NCBI GenBank assembly: GCA_964638775.1
Contig: CAZWZH010000066.1
Span: 334-64,333 of the forward strand
Length of the DNA stretch: 64,000 nucleotides
Reading direction: 5' to 3'
Source of the DNA: an uncultured Pseudomonadales bacterium
GTDB taxonomy: Bacteria > Pseudomonadota > Gammaproteobacteria > Pseudomonadales > Azotimanducaceae
The translations under genes and the position numbers were made by a program. Of the stretch, positions 17,401-23,737 are shown piece by piece. Numbering within the stretch: the first letter of the stretch is position 1; the number at the start of each line of letters is the position of its first letter. The notes beneath the pieces were generated by a model. That model saw only the letters and a program-made list of their open reading frames with translations, did not search any database and had not been told where the DNA came from.

Positions 17401-19323
17401 ACGGACCGCCCCGCCGCGCCGATGGTGACGGCAACGACCGGGGCGACCGACAGCCTGGACGTGACGTGGGACGCGCCGGGGCTGAACAACGGCCCGGACA
17501 TCACCGGGTTCAAGCTGCGCTACCGGAAGACGGGGGTGACGCCGCCGCCGGACTGGACGGAGGTGGCGGGGCTGGCCGCGGCGGCCAGGGGGCACACGAT
17601 CGAGAGCCTGGATTCGGGCACCGGGTACGAGGTGCAGGTGCAGGCGCTCAACGGCGAGGACGACAGCGACTGGTCGGCGTCGGGGCGCGGCACGCCGGGG
17701 GCGGAAACCGACGAGGATCGCGATGTGCGTCTCGTCGGCGGCTCGGACGACCGTAGGGGCCGTCTCGAGGTGTTCTACCGTGGGCATTGGGGCACCGTGT
17801 GCGACGACCGCTTCGACCGACCGTTCGTGGACCCAAGTACGGAAAGCGATGAGCGCGTGCCCAACATCGCAGCGGAAGTCGCGTGCCGGCTGCTCGGTGA
17901 GGGTTACGTGTCCGGGGAGATGGTCACGCGCGAGAGCCTGGGCATTCCCGTGGCTCCGGCGTCGCAGCGGATCTGGTTGGACGACGTGCGGTGCGCGGAA
18001 GGGTCCACGCACTGGACGGACCCGCCCAGGACGCCGTTCGACGAGCCGGGAAGTGGGCTGCACCGGTGCTACCACGCTGGCGTGGGGCTCCACAACTGCA
18101 GCCACTCCGAGGATGTGCACCTGGTGTGCTCGGAGGGCGGGACGCCGCAGGCATCCGTCTCTGAGGCGCGGCTGACATTGCGCTACCGGCGGTTGCTGGA
18201 CCCGGCTTCGACGCCCGGCCCCAAGGACTGGGTGGTGCGCGCCCAGGACGCCGACGGGGCGCGCGCCCTGGCTGTGTTGGGGGCGACGGTGTCGGGCTCC
18301 GAGGTGTCTCTGGAGTTGTCGCCGCCGGCGGCGGCGGGCGAGTCGGTGTCGGTGAGCTACCTGCCGTGGGCGATGCACCCGCTGCGCGGGGCGGACGGCG
18401 CGGAGCTGGCGCCGCTGACGGAGCTGGAGGCGCGCAACGAGACGCCGTCCGCGCCGGTCGATGCGCCGGTCGATGCGCCGGCCGATGCGCCGGTCGATGC
18501 GGCGGTCGATGCGGCGGCGGAGCACCTGCCCGCCGCGCGGGACGCTGCGGCGCCCGTGCCACTGCCGCCGTCGTCGACGCGGCTCGACCTGTCGGGCCTG
18601 GGGCTGACGGACGTGGCGGCGCTGGCGGGGCTGACGGAATTGGAGGCGCTGGACCTGTCGGACAACGCGGTGGCGGACGCGTGGCCGCTGGCGGGGCTGG
18701 CGGCGCTGCGCCGGCTGGACCTGTCGGGCAACCGGCTCGGCGACGTGGCGGCGCTGGCGTACCTGCCGCGCCTCGAGGTGCTGGACCTGTCGGGCAACGC
18801 GGTGGCGGACGCGTGGCCGCTGGCGGGGCTGGCGGCGCTGCGCCGTCTGGACCTGTCGGACAACCGGCTCGGTGAAGTGGCCGCGCTGGCGGGCCTGCCG
18901 AACCTCGAGGTGCTGGTGCTCGACGGCAACCGCATCGCAAACGTGCTGCCGCTGGCGCTGCTGCCGCGGCTGGCGCGCCTCGACATGTCGGGCAACCGGG
19001 TGGCCGACGCGCTGCTGCTCGCGGAGCTGCGCTCGCTGGCGCGTCTGGACCTCGCGGGCAACCGGCTGGCAGACGCGGCCCCGCTCGGCGACCTGTCGCG
19101 GCTGGTGTGGCTGGACCTGACCGGCAACCCGGTGTCCGACCCGGCGCCGCTGGGGCGGCTGACGGCGCTGCGCTGGCTGTGGCTGGACGCGGCGGCGGCC
19201 GGTGCGGAGGCCCTGGCGCCGCTGCGGGAGCGCCCGGTGCCGGTGCGCATCGGGGCGCGTGCGCCCGCCGCTCCCGCCGCGCCCAGCGCCGTCCCCGCCG
19301 GACAGGCGCCCGGAACGCCATAG
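8422..19323 (+). CDS. Giant (~3,630 aa) secreted/surface multidomain protein: S8 peptidase, cadherin-like beta-sandwich, cadherin+FN3 x3, SRCR, LRR
   Basis: A single uninterrupted ORF runs 8314-19323. The ATG at 8422 precedes a hydrophobic signal-like segment (TAVALTIALLAAVTASPVPPRAFA). Domain motifs are listed in the sub-features and findings. Confidence 0.9.
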   Translation: MKIPRRVPREPARRTARRAGSAYRRCAEGALKAAEPAVGVVPEVANDSLVRAARYGTAVALTIALLAAVTASPVPPRAFASEADVSMQDPPRGVAVSIESSPSDNRSSYRIGETISVAVESDQHGHRVDGERPKPSAGAIAAAGSEVSIVFDEVLDEDSVPPADAFSVTVDDAAYPVTAVSVAGDSVSLTLSRDVPAAGPDLVVTYVDPVDASAVRIRDTAGNAAASFVSDRGREGTQDADPAPRTGREMPAADRPSIGEILAQKALRTPAERKVSSRLLQARRDRGADGPERADGADSRPADDERILVDIRADVTSEVLERIEALGGEVEDRHRRYRSIRARLTPEAALQLAELDAVQTIHPADRARTHQNDEDEEEDEEEPPMRNTSEGDAAHAAAAARATYAVDGTGIGIGVISNGVGSLAQLQASGDLPNHVHVLPGQQGEATGEGYEGAALLEIVHDLAPGADLYFATGLGGKARLAANIDALCRAGADVIVDDVVYIEEAAFQDDVIAQAVTAAVADGCFHFSGAGNWGNLTHTTRGGRSGVWEGDFVAGTAFTVAGVNVGTRHAFATDMEENALTTVLPTWRGSITLQWADPWFASDNDYDLFLVDSEGAVVASSTNVQSGSQRPLEVIETEIVDTADIRVVVVKASGSADRYLRLVAHNLAYLDITTAGSTYGHAASANAFGIGAVNARAARGTDGAFDGTESVQWWSADGPRRMFFHPDGAAVTPGDFSSTGGVLLAKPDLVAADCVTTATPGFSYFCGTSASAPHAAAIAALVLEGAGGPGKVTRAELREAMATTALDIGATGPDRDSGAGIVMAPAAVGALYVPADVRNAPPTVANAVGHRSLAPDSPPFEIDLASVFSDPAGDALTYSARSNRPDGLAVSLTGSTLTLTPGSALGPVVVDLRATDPDRLDARHRFIVTISNSAEHVVRSDWSLLPDGVPVGGSFRLLFMSSTRRDGTSADLSDYDSHVQSAAAGGLADIQGYSSEFAAVVCTNNQQDVFENTGTSADDTDAPIYWLSTEGDGEAVASGYADFYDGYWNPNEYRPRNQVGYRGRISSSDPVITGCENDGTVRHDGLGSGNISVRGWYVSSDGTVTDIRLGPMASQSLRVLALSPIFVYSGADDAALSTLSLEGTEGALLDEEFDPETFFYRVTVDFAESLTLDFKARGAAAGATVSVQDANGRVLDDADPNALGFQVNLGPQRNVFQVMVTAADGTTLTYRVEVSRNYPTLLTNQAMPRSTRLHDGSAIAQVFKTGNHGGGYLLDAVIVELVDPPSAPEPGTAYVGLWSVDETDLFEDANTNQLVVLPWSRPGVLLESLASPDVFVDGPNRFSAPLGTVLEPDTYYYVIVNEGVDDGVSVALSADYLVPPYESDYGWDANNHSYGPTFRADDIGDRQAIPNSVIMRIEGGLLAVSCPIDLGERTAIWWAELSPAELTGRSYDTYGFDRANAEGDLSIDSFDFGGATYEVTDLRVAPLTDPALTVFGIEPRLPSEDVPALALHLCDRVLPLSAGSLTNVVTWAGPVDDWSDGEAVTVALSAAKDALLSGLSVRGATLTHATTGLAGENNEGFEATKFDYTAVVPSIPVTVTATANEPGALIAYFDSDGAAIADVDTEELGHQMDLDVGPNVVWIVVTAGDRRHSTSYSVTIVYETGVLLTNEGNRSISLATENPLVFTQPFTTGSHAHGYRVDTVWMDTRDFYFTDWDPSQTIMRLTEERSGGLPDLTCEVMALRTPQEPVHGPDAFGASRNNRLKPDTRYHLVLNWGIRDSNYRVNPQQVRGRSSESGFGWTMDQYLSYVSWRPGNDPWEPYDSPRALEVRIVGCELHPATQQTLVSNTGQALDDSTLTVSDTLSMALGFTTGDRTTGFTLSSVQVHFHSWFGTGDRARVSIYTSTSSGAPNQSLYVLTNPSSIVDGALNTFTAPENATLDPDTEYFVVVEAVEGVFRIGRASSSVEDVCEASGWSIRDRNYGFDDANGSWGESPTDSYPVLGIEGIAHALVSGLSLADPGGVPVPLNEDFDPATKEYTADVANAVQRVTVEPQTDDPLASFDFLDTAGTALTDADGMADGFQVDLAVGNNDIQIVATSGNGAAREAYVVAVSRSATVPADWSLTPDGVPPGGRFRLLFATSRGRDATSSDIADYNAHVRNAAAAGHADIQAYSDRFTALASTAAVDARTNTGTVASDADVPIYWLSTTTTREAVATGYADFYDGNWRDASARTESGASTTMDDSDAGSVATGSNLDGTATTGGELGTPAVAGWWLSGGDLGSRPAPGSVSRRLLALSPVFEKDATTLVTNEGETPKSMQGAWWTAQAFTTGGHTEGYLLHAVWLDASAGNAYSATDTHVRIVPAEPDGTPQPVGAQLVDLASPATIGSGPDAFTAPPGTVLERRTTYVVVVNRTIVDWEARLKLVLVDSDVEQSGFDWRISDTRTIHPEGDSASRGGARRSLSMRVTGREITNNAPVFNPNTAMRTVPENTSAGVAVGEPIPEAADADDDALTYTLEGTDAASFAFNDTTRQISTGTGVSYNHEAAKNSYEVVVKADDNKGGTGTITVTINVGDENEKTDTPAAPTVAPTEGVTDSLDVTWEAPGLNGGPDITGFKLRYRKTAGTPGWAEVAGLAAAARGDTIGSLESGTEYEVQVQALNGEDDSDWSASGTGTTSTPVPNRPPVFTPNAAMRTVPENTSAGVAVGEPIPEAADADDDTLAYTLEGTDAASFAFNDTTRQISTGTGVSYNHEAAKNSYEVVVKADDKKGGTGTITVTITVEDENEKTDRPAAPMVTATTGATDSLDVTWTAPGLNNGPDITGFKLRYRKRGVTPPPGWTEVAGLAAAARGDTIGSLESGTEYEVQVQALNGEGDSDWSASGTATTGNNAPVFTPSTAMRTVAENSVADTAVGDAIPAAADADDDTLTYTLEGTDAGSFSFNDTTRQISTKAGVAYNFEAKNSYEVEVKADDKKGGTGTITVTITVEDENEKTDRPAAPMVTATTGATDSLDVTWDAPGLNNGPDITGFKLRYRKTGVTPPPDWTEVAGLAAAARGHTIESLDSGTGYEVQVQALNGEDDSDWSASGRGTPGAETDEDRDVRLVGGSDDRRGRLEVFYRGHWGTVCDDRFDRPFVDPSTESDERVPNIAAEVACRLLGEGYVSGEMVTRESLGIPVAPASQRIWLDDVRCAEGSTHWTDPPRTPFDEPGSGLHRCYHAGVGLHNCSHSEDVHLVCSEGGTPQASVSEARLTLRYRRLLDPASTPGPKDWVVRAQDADGARALAVLGATVSGSEVSLELSPPAAAGESVSVSYLPWAMHPLRGADGAELAPLTELEARNETPSAPVDAPVDAPADAPVDAAVDAAAEHLPAARDAAAPVPLPPSSTRLDLSGLGLTDVAALAGLTELEALDLSDNAVADAWPLAGLAALRRLDLSGNRLGDVAALAYLPRLEVLDLSGNAVADAWPLAGLAALRRLDLSDNRLGEVAALAGLPNLEVLVLDGNRIANVLPLALLPRLARLDMSGNRVADALLLAELRSLARLDLAGNRLADAAPLGDLSRLVWLDLTGNPVSDPAPLGRLTALRWLWLDAAAAGAEALAPLRERPVPVRIGARAPAAPAAPSAVPAGQAPGTP
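9630..10900 (+). other. Subtilisin-like S8 peptidase domain inside the giant ORF
   Basis: VDGTGIGIGVI (Asp region), GAALLEIVHDLAPGADL (His region), SGAGNWGN (oxyanion Asn) and FCGTSASAPHAAAIAAL (catalytic Ser motif GTSxxAPH). Confidence 0.75.
15844..17700 (+). repeat. Three near-identical ~620-bp tandem units, each encoding a cadherin + fibronectin-III pair
   Basis: Units lie at about 15844-16464, 16465-17085 and 17086-17700. The protein repeats are PVF(N/T)PNxAMRTVPENTSAGVAVGEPIPEAADADDD(A/T)LxYTLEGTDAASFAFNDTTRQIST...ITVT(I)xVxDENE, then ...LDVTWxAPGLNxGPDITGFKLRYRK...GTEYEVQVQALNGExDSDWSASG. Confidence 0.9.
17716..18135 (+). other. SRCR (scavenger receptor cysteine-rich)-like domain inside the giant ORF
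   Basis: VRLVGGSDDRRGRLEVFYRGHWGTVCDDRFD ... AAEVACRLLG ... RIWLDDVRCAEGSTHW ... CSHSEDVHLVCS matches the canonical SRCR pattern VRLVGG-x-GRVE-x-x-x-G-x-WGTVCDD-x-W ... D-x-V-x-C-x-G-x-E ... C-x-H-x-EDAGV-x-C. Confidence 0.65.
18580..19180 (+). other. Leucine-rich repeat (LRR) array at the C terminus of the giant ORF
   Basis: About 9 units of L-x-x-L-D-L-S-G/D-N-x-(V/L)-x-D-x-x-x-L-A-x-L-x-x. The 132-bp units at 18652-18783 and 18784-18915 are nearly identical at DNA level. Confidence 0.85.
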
Positions 19324-19343
19324 GGGGTGTATGCGCGTGCCGG

Positions 19344-19637
19344 TCAGGGAGCGCCGGCCCGGTCGGCCGTGCGCACCTGGGCCGTGGCTCTTCTCAGGTC
19401 GCGGACGATGCGGCTCACCCTGCGGGCGTAGGCGTTGCCGGCCGGGGTGAGCGTCACGCCGTTGCTCCGCCTGACGAACAGGGCCGTTCCCAGGAAGCGC
19501 TCGAGCTGCCGGACGTGCCTGCTGACGGCCCCGGGGGAGACCTGCAGTTCGGCCGCCGCGTAGAGGAAGCTCTCGTGTCTGCCCGCCGCTTCGAACGCCT
19601 GAAGCGAGTTCAGCGGCGGAAGCGTGTCGTCGAGCAT
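19344..19637 (-). pseudogene. LysR-family regulator fragment (N-terminal HTH only)
   Basis: 97 aa: LNSLQAFEAAGRHESFLYAAAELQVSPGAVSRHVRQLERFLGTALFVRRSNGVTLTPAG. This is a close paralogue of the N terminus of the intact LysR at 19882-20790. There is no effector-binding domain. Confidence 0.75.
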
Positions 19638-19657
19638 GGACGTCCGGCCGGCCGCAG

Positions 19658-19690
19658 CCTCAGAGAAATTGAGCCAGACTAGATTTATTG
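19658..19690. repeat. Partial third copy of the LysR-leader repeat
   Basis: cctcagagaaattgagccagactagat resembles cctcaaaaatactgagccagactacgag at 20811-20838. It lies immediately 5' of the LysR fragment. Confidence 0.5.
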
Positions 19691-19881
19691 CAGGTCACGG
19701 TCAATCCCGCGCCGCCGCCGGCGGCATTGCGGGCGCGCGAACCCGCCCGCCGGAACCCCGCGGGATCGGCTTTTGCGGTGCGCGGAATCGGGCGCCGGGG
19801 CGCCGCGTTGGCGGCTACGGCCCGGGGCGCGAACGCTCGACCGGGCGGCGCGGCCTCGGGTCGCGGCGGGCCCGGGCGCCG

Positions 19882-20790
19882 TCAGGCGCTGGCCGGCCCG
19901 GCGGCCGCGCATTCACGCAGCAGCCAGTCCTTCAGGCGCGCGAGGGTGCGGTTGTTGCCGGCCGACGGGTTCATGACCAGGTGGTAGGCCTTCCCCGAGT
20001 CGACCGCGAGATGCGCCAGGGGAACGAGCTTTCCGGCCGCGAGCTCCTCGGCGATCATCTCGCCGTGTCCGACGGCCATGCCCATGCCGTCGACGGCGGC
20101 GCGGATGACGCCCATGTAGAGCGCGAAGCGCATGTTGGCGGACAGCGCGGCGGCGGCGACGCCGACGGCGCGGGCCCAGTCGGGCCAGTCGTCGTCCCAG
20201 TAGATGTCGTGCAGCAGGGGCTGGCCGATGACCTCCCCGGCGTCCGGGCGGGACGACAGCGTCCGGCGGAACTGGGGGCTGCAGACGGGGAAGACCTCTT
20301 CGCCGAACAGCCGGGTGACGCTGTAGCCGGGATGCTGCCCGTCCGAATACAGGATCCAGGCGTCCACGTCCTCGCGCTCGGCGTCGTGCTCGCCGTTGTG
20401 GGCCTCGACGCGCAGCTCCGTGCGGCCGAACGCCTTGCGGAACGACGGGATGCGGGGGTAGAGCCAGCGCTGCGCGAATATCGGCAGCGTGGAGATCGCG
20501 ACGGCGCGGTCGCGTGGCCGCCTGCTGACCCGGTCCGTCGCGGCTCTCAGGTTCCGGAACACGGCGCTCACGGTGTCGGCGTAGTCCCTGCCGGCGGCGG
20601 TGAGCGCGACCCCGTTGCTGCGCCGGACGAAGAGCTCGGTGCCGAGATGGTTCTCGAGCAGCCGCACGTGGCGGCTGATCGAGCCCGGCGACACGTCCTG
20701 CTCGGCGGCGGCGTCGAGGAAGCTCTCGTGGCGCCCCGCGGCTTCGAACGCCCGCAGGGAATTGAGAGGGATCGGCTGCTTGGTCTTCAT
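19882..20790 (-). CDS. LysR-family transcriptional regulator (GcvA-like)
   Basis: HTH is LNSLRAFEAAGRHESFLDAAAEQDVSPGSISRHVRLLENHLGTELFVRR, followed by a full substrate-binding domain. The likely start is MKTKQP at 20790; the ORF extends to 20817. Confidence 0.9.
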   Translation of the reverse strand: MKTKQPIPLNSLRAFEAAGRHESFLDAAAEQDVSPGSISRHVRLLENHLGTELFVRRSNGVALTAAGRDYADTVSAVFRNLRAATDRVSRRPRDRAVAISTLPIFAQRWLYPRIPSFRKAFGRTELRVEAHNGEHDAEREDVDAWILYSDGQHPGYSVTRLFGEEVFPVCSPQFRRTLSSRPDAGEVIGQPLLHDIYWDDDWPDWARAVGVAAAALSANMRFALYMGVIRAAVDGMGMAVGHGEMIAEELAAGKLVPLAHLAVDSGKAYHLVMNPSAGNNRTLARLKDWLLRECAAAGPASA

Positions 20791-20797
20791 GGATCGC

Positions 20798-21065
20798 GAA
20801 CTCCGGTCAAGCCTCAAAAATACTGAGCCAGACTACGAGCAAACCCGTCCTCGGTCAATCGGCGGCCCGGCGGCACGCCGATGCGGGTTGCGGGGACGAC
20901 GCCCGGCTCGGATAGGGAAGCGGTGGCGTCGGGTCCGGGCCCACGTGCATCAATAATACTGAGCCACATCCCAAGGAATTTTCGTTGCGCGGCATTGCGC
21001 CCAAAGTCACGATGCTGCGCCAAGTTCGCGGCTCCGCCGGCGGAGCCGCTTCGTGGACCGGCATC
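20798..21065. repeat. Copy B of the ~270-bp dispersed repeat (native LysR leader)
   Basis: See copy A. It begins a few nt upstream of the LysR start codon. Confidence 0.7.
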
Positions 21066-21258
21066 CACAATCTCCGGGCGCCGGCCGGCACGGCATTCTC
21101 GAGCACGACCAGGCTGCCGCTCTCGGCGCGCGACGGCTGGTACCTGCGCCTGGACCTCGACGGGATGGGCACACCGTCGACTTCGCATTCATCGATGCAC
21201 GCAAGACGCTCGGCCACATGCCCGAGATCTATCCCGCCTCGGATGGCGTGCTAGGTTT

Positions 21259-21887
21259 TTACGGCATGGTGCGCGAGACGCTCGCGACTCGGGCTGAGGT
21301 ATCGATGGCATAGATGAACTCGGTGTTCGGGCCCTGCTCCGGTCCGGTTCTGCCGGTGACGGTCACGCGGGCGAGTTCCTCGAACAGCATGCCGCCGAGG
21401 GCGTTAACGACGTTGGGGGTGTTGTGCTGCAAGTTCATGGATTTGGCGACATCCCCGGCGCGTATGGTGATGGTCGTCTGTCCTTGCCGCCGAGCGGGCT
21501 CAATTATAGTTTCGGTGGCGTACCTGCGAATCTGATCGGCTTCCGTCTCAACGGTGGCGTCTGGTTCTTGGGTTTGATCAGCGCGTGGATGGCCTTCCGT
21601 GGCCAGACGTCTTACTGTTTGACGGAGATGGAGTCGTTCGGGGGAGTCGAGATAGCGACCTAATACGTCGGCCGCGCCGCGGAGGAGCATACGATCGAGT
21701 TCGGCAGGTATCGCCTCGTGGATGTCGAGGGCGAACTTGTTTCGACGGCATGACGCAGCATAGTGAGTGCTGCGTTTGGATCGAGTTGGACAGAACTGCG
21801 TGGGAGAGCGTTGCCCGAAAGGAGCTTGGAGCCGGCGGAATAGAGATAGCCGGCGTCAACGAAGACAGCCGTGCGGATGAGGATTTC
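21259..21887 (-). pseudogene. Possible decayed NYN/LabA-like gene fused or adjacent to an unknown C-terminal domain
   Basis: The minus-strand reading gives (stop)EILIRTAVFVDAGYLYSAGSKLL...; NYN proteins start ...R-x-A-V-F-I-D-G-x-N-L-Y. There is no start codon. The frame breaks before the 143-aa ORF at 21259-21690 (…TITIRAGDVAKSMNLQHNTPNVVNALGGMLFEE…). Confidence 0.25.
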
Positions 21888-22247
21888 CTATTTGATCGTA
21901 GTATTGGATATGAGGGTCCCTGGCGGGACCCTCGGTCTAGTTCACGCTCCAACCTTTGTAATAATTCGGGAGACGCTGAACACTAGAAATCCTCGAGCAG
22001 CCAGCGCTGGGCGTCAAGAAAGGCCACGGTGTTTGCGGCGTCAGGTTTCCAAGCTGTAGTTGGCCCACCACTGCATGAGTCCCTGCCGTTTGCATAGGAG
22101 GTCGATATGGAAGTATGCGGTCTCGACCTGACTCGGCCGGACTACGCCCTCCCTCCCCAGGCGCGCACCATGAGCTCAATCGAATTGGTTGGGAACGGCG
22201 GGCCGTCTTTCTGCGCATCACCGCACCGGTCGGCGGGGCCGGAACCG

Positions 22248-22742
22248 TCAGGCGTCGCCAAGCTCCCGAAGTTCCCCAGCCACCTGGGTCAGCGTCATGT
22301 CGTACATCTGCCAGCCGACGCCCGGCGTGAATCGGACCCGGGAATCGTAGGTACCGAGAAAGAGCCAGACGTTGCCGGCAAGCCTGTTTTCGTGCCAGGC
22401 CTGCAGGTAGCTTTCCATGCGGGCTTTGCCGGCCGTGACGGCGCCCTCACCGTCGACGTCCATGGATTCGATCTCGACGATCTGGGTGCCGATCAGGTGC
22501 TGGGTCGAGGAGTACTGGTCGAGGGCTTCCATGACCACCTCCACCCAGCCGTCCGGGCCCTGCCGAACGAGCTGTTCCGAGCCGCTGCCGCCGGCGCGGA
22601 TCATGGCCTCGGGGGTGAATATCCGGTGATAGATGGCGCGGCCCTCTTCGATACCCGCCTTGGTGTTGGTGCCGATGATATCGGTCGCCTTGGCGTAGAG
22701 CTGCTGCAGGTACTGGATGTCCAGGCGTGCAATGGTTTCCAT
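22248..22742 (-). CDS. SnoaL-like / NTF2-fold protein
   Basis: METIARLDIQYLQQLYAKATD... is a typical SnoaL-like N terminus. ~165 aa. Divergent from the TetR gene. Confidence 0.6.
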   Translation of the reverse strand: METIARLDIQYLQQLYAKATDIIGTNTKAGIEEGRAIYHRIFTPEAMIRAGGSGSEQLVRQGPDGWVEVVMEALDQYSSTQHLIGTQIVEIESMDVDGEGAVTAGKARMESYLQAWHENRLAGNVWLFLGTYDSRVRFTPGVGWQMYDMTLTQVAGELRELGDA

Positions 22743-22971
22743 GCGAACTTCCTCAAAACGGCGGTGCAAACTAACCAACGGCGATGTCAAAGGCAATTCG
22801 GCCGAAAAACGGGCCATCGTGTAATTGCGGCCCGGCGTGTTATCTTCCGGGTTGCATGGCCGACGATGGGACGGCCGGTGCAATCGAAGTCAGCGGCCCG
22901 GCCGAACTTGCCTGCCTTGCCCGCTACGTGCGACGGTGTCGGCCACCGTGGCCCGGCGGCCGCCCGTATCG

Positions 22972-23649
22972 ATGAAGAACGAGAAGAACGGAATGACGGC
23001 GACAACCAAGAGAAAGTACAAGTCACCACGGCAATTGGCACGCCAGTCCAACATCATGAAGACGGTGCGGGCGATGCTGGAGGAATCCGGCTACGACGGC
23101 ATGACGATACGCGGCCTGGCGAAGCGTGCGGGCGTGGCGCAGGGCACCCTCTACAACCTCTACGGCGGGAAGGACTCCCTGGTTCTCGCGGCGGTGGACG
23201 ACCTGCTGTCGCAACTCACCGGCACGGTGGTGGAGGAATCGCCCAGTGAGGGGATCGAGGCGATATTCGCCAGGAGCAGGCTCGTCGGCGCCCAGATCGA
23301 GTCAACGCCGCGGTACGCCGATGCGATGACGCGCACACTGTTCCATGTGGGGCCGAACGATCCGTTGGTGGAGGTGCTGTTCGCCGGCAGCTTTCCGTTC
23401 CTGAAATCGCAACTGGAGGCCGCCCGGAAGAACGGCGAGGTGCGTGCAGATGTCGACATCGACCTGGTGGCGCGGCACCTGGTGGGGCAGCAGTGGGGCG
23501 TGGTGCTGCTGTGGATGATGGGCATGATCCCGGTCGAGGACAACGCCAGGGAGCGGCAGCGCAGCGAAATCATGACCCTGATCGCCATTGCGACCGAAAA
23601 GACGAGGAAGAAACTCGAAGCCCGGCTGGTGGAACTCGACAGCAACTGA
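22972..23649 (+). CDS. TetR/AcrR-family transcriptional regulator
   Basis: HTH is MTIRGLAKRAGVAQGTLYNLYGGKDSL. ~225 aa. Confidence 0.9.
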   Translation: MKNEKNGMTATTKRKYKSPRQLARQSNIMKTVRAMLEESGYDGMTIRGLAKRAGVAQGTLYNLYGGKDSLVLAAVDDLLSQLTGTVVEESPSEGIEAIFARSRLVGAQIESTPRYADAMTRTLFHVGPNDPLVEVLFAGSFPFLKSQLEAARKNGEVRADVDIDLVARHLVGQQWGVVLLWMMGMIPVEDNARERQRSEIMTLIAIATEKTRKKLEARLVELDSN

Positions 23650-23737
23650 CCGCGCCACGGCCGACGCGGCTCCCTTCGCCGCCCGCTTGCATGGAACGAT
23701 TTCTCAAGCGATAAACCGCGCCGGCCAACATGTTACG

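Noticed and set aside
18451-18516. 12-nt tandem repeat (gcgccggtcgat-like) as a separate regulatory or CRISPR-like element
   Set aside because: It is in frame within the giant ORF and encodes an (A/P)VDA linker between the Ig-like and LRR regions.
14314-18525. 1403-aa ORF antisense to the giant gene, plus similar antisense or alternate-frame ORFs at 8482-10974, 8627-9814, 16227-17756, 17924-19321 and 18357-19250
   Set aside because: These are extremely Arg/Pro/Gly/His-rich, low-complexity translations. They fully overlap a gene with clear domain content on the other strand or frame. They are a typical high-GC stop-codon-depletion artefact.
19624-20826. 400-aa plus-strand ORF over the LysR gene; also 22107-23249 over the SnoaL/TetR genes
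   Set aside because: They are antisense to well-supported regulators and have a low-complexity translation.
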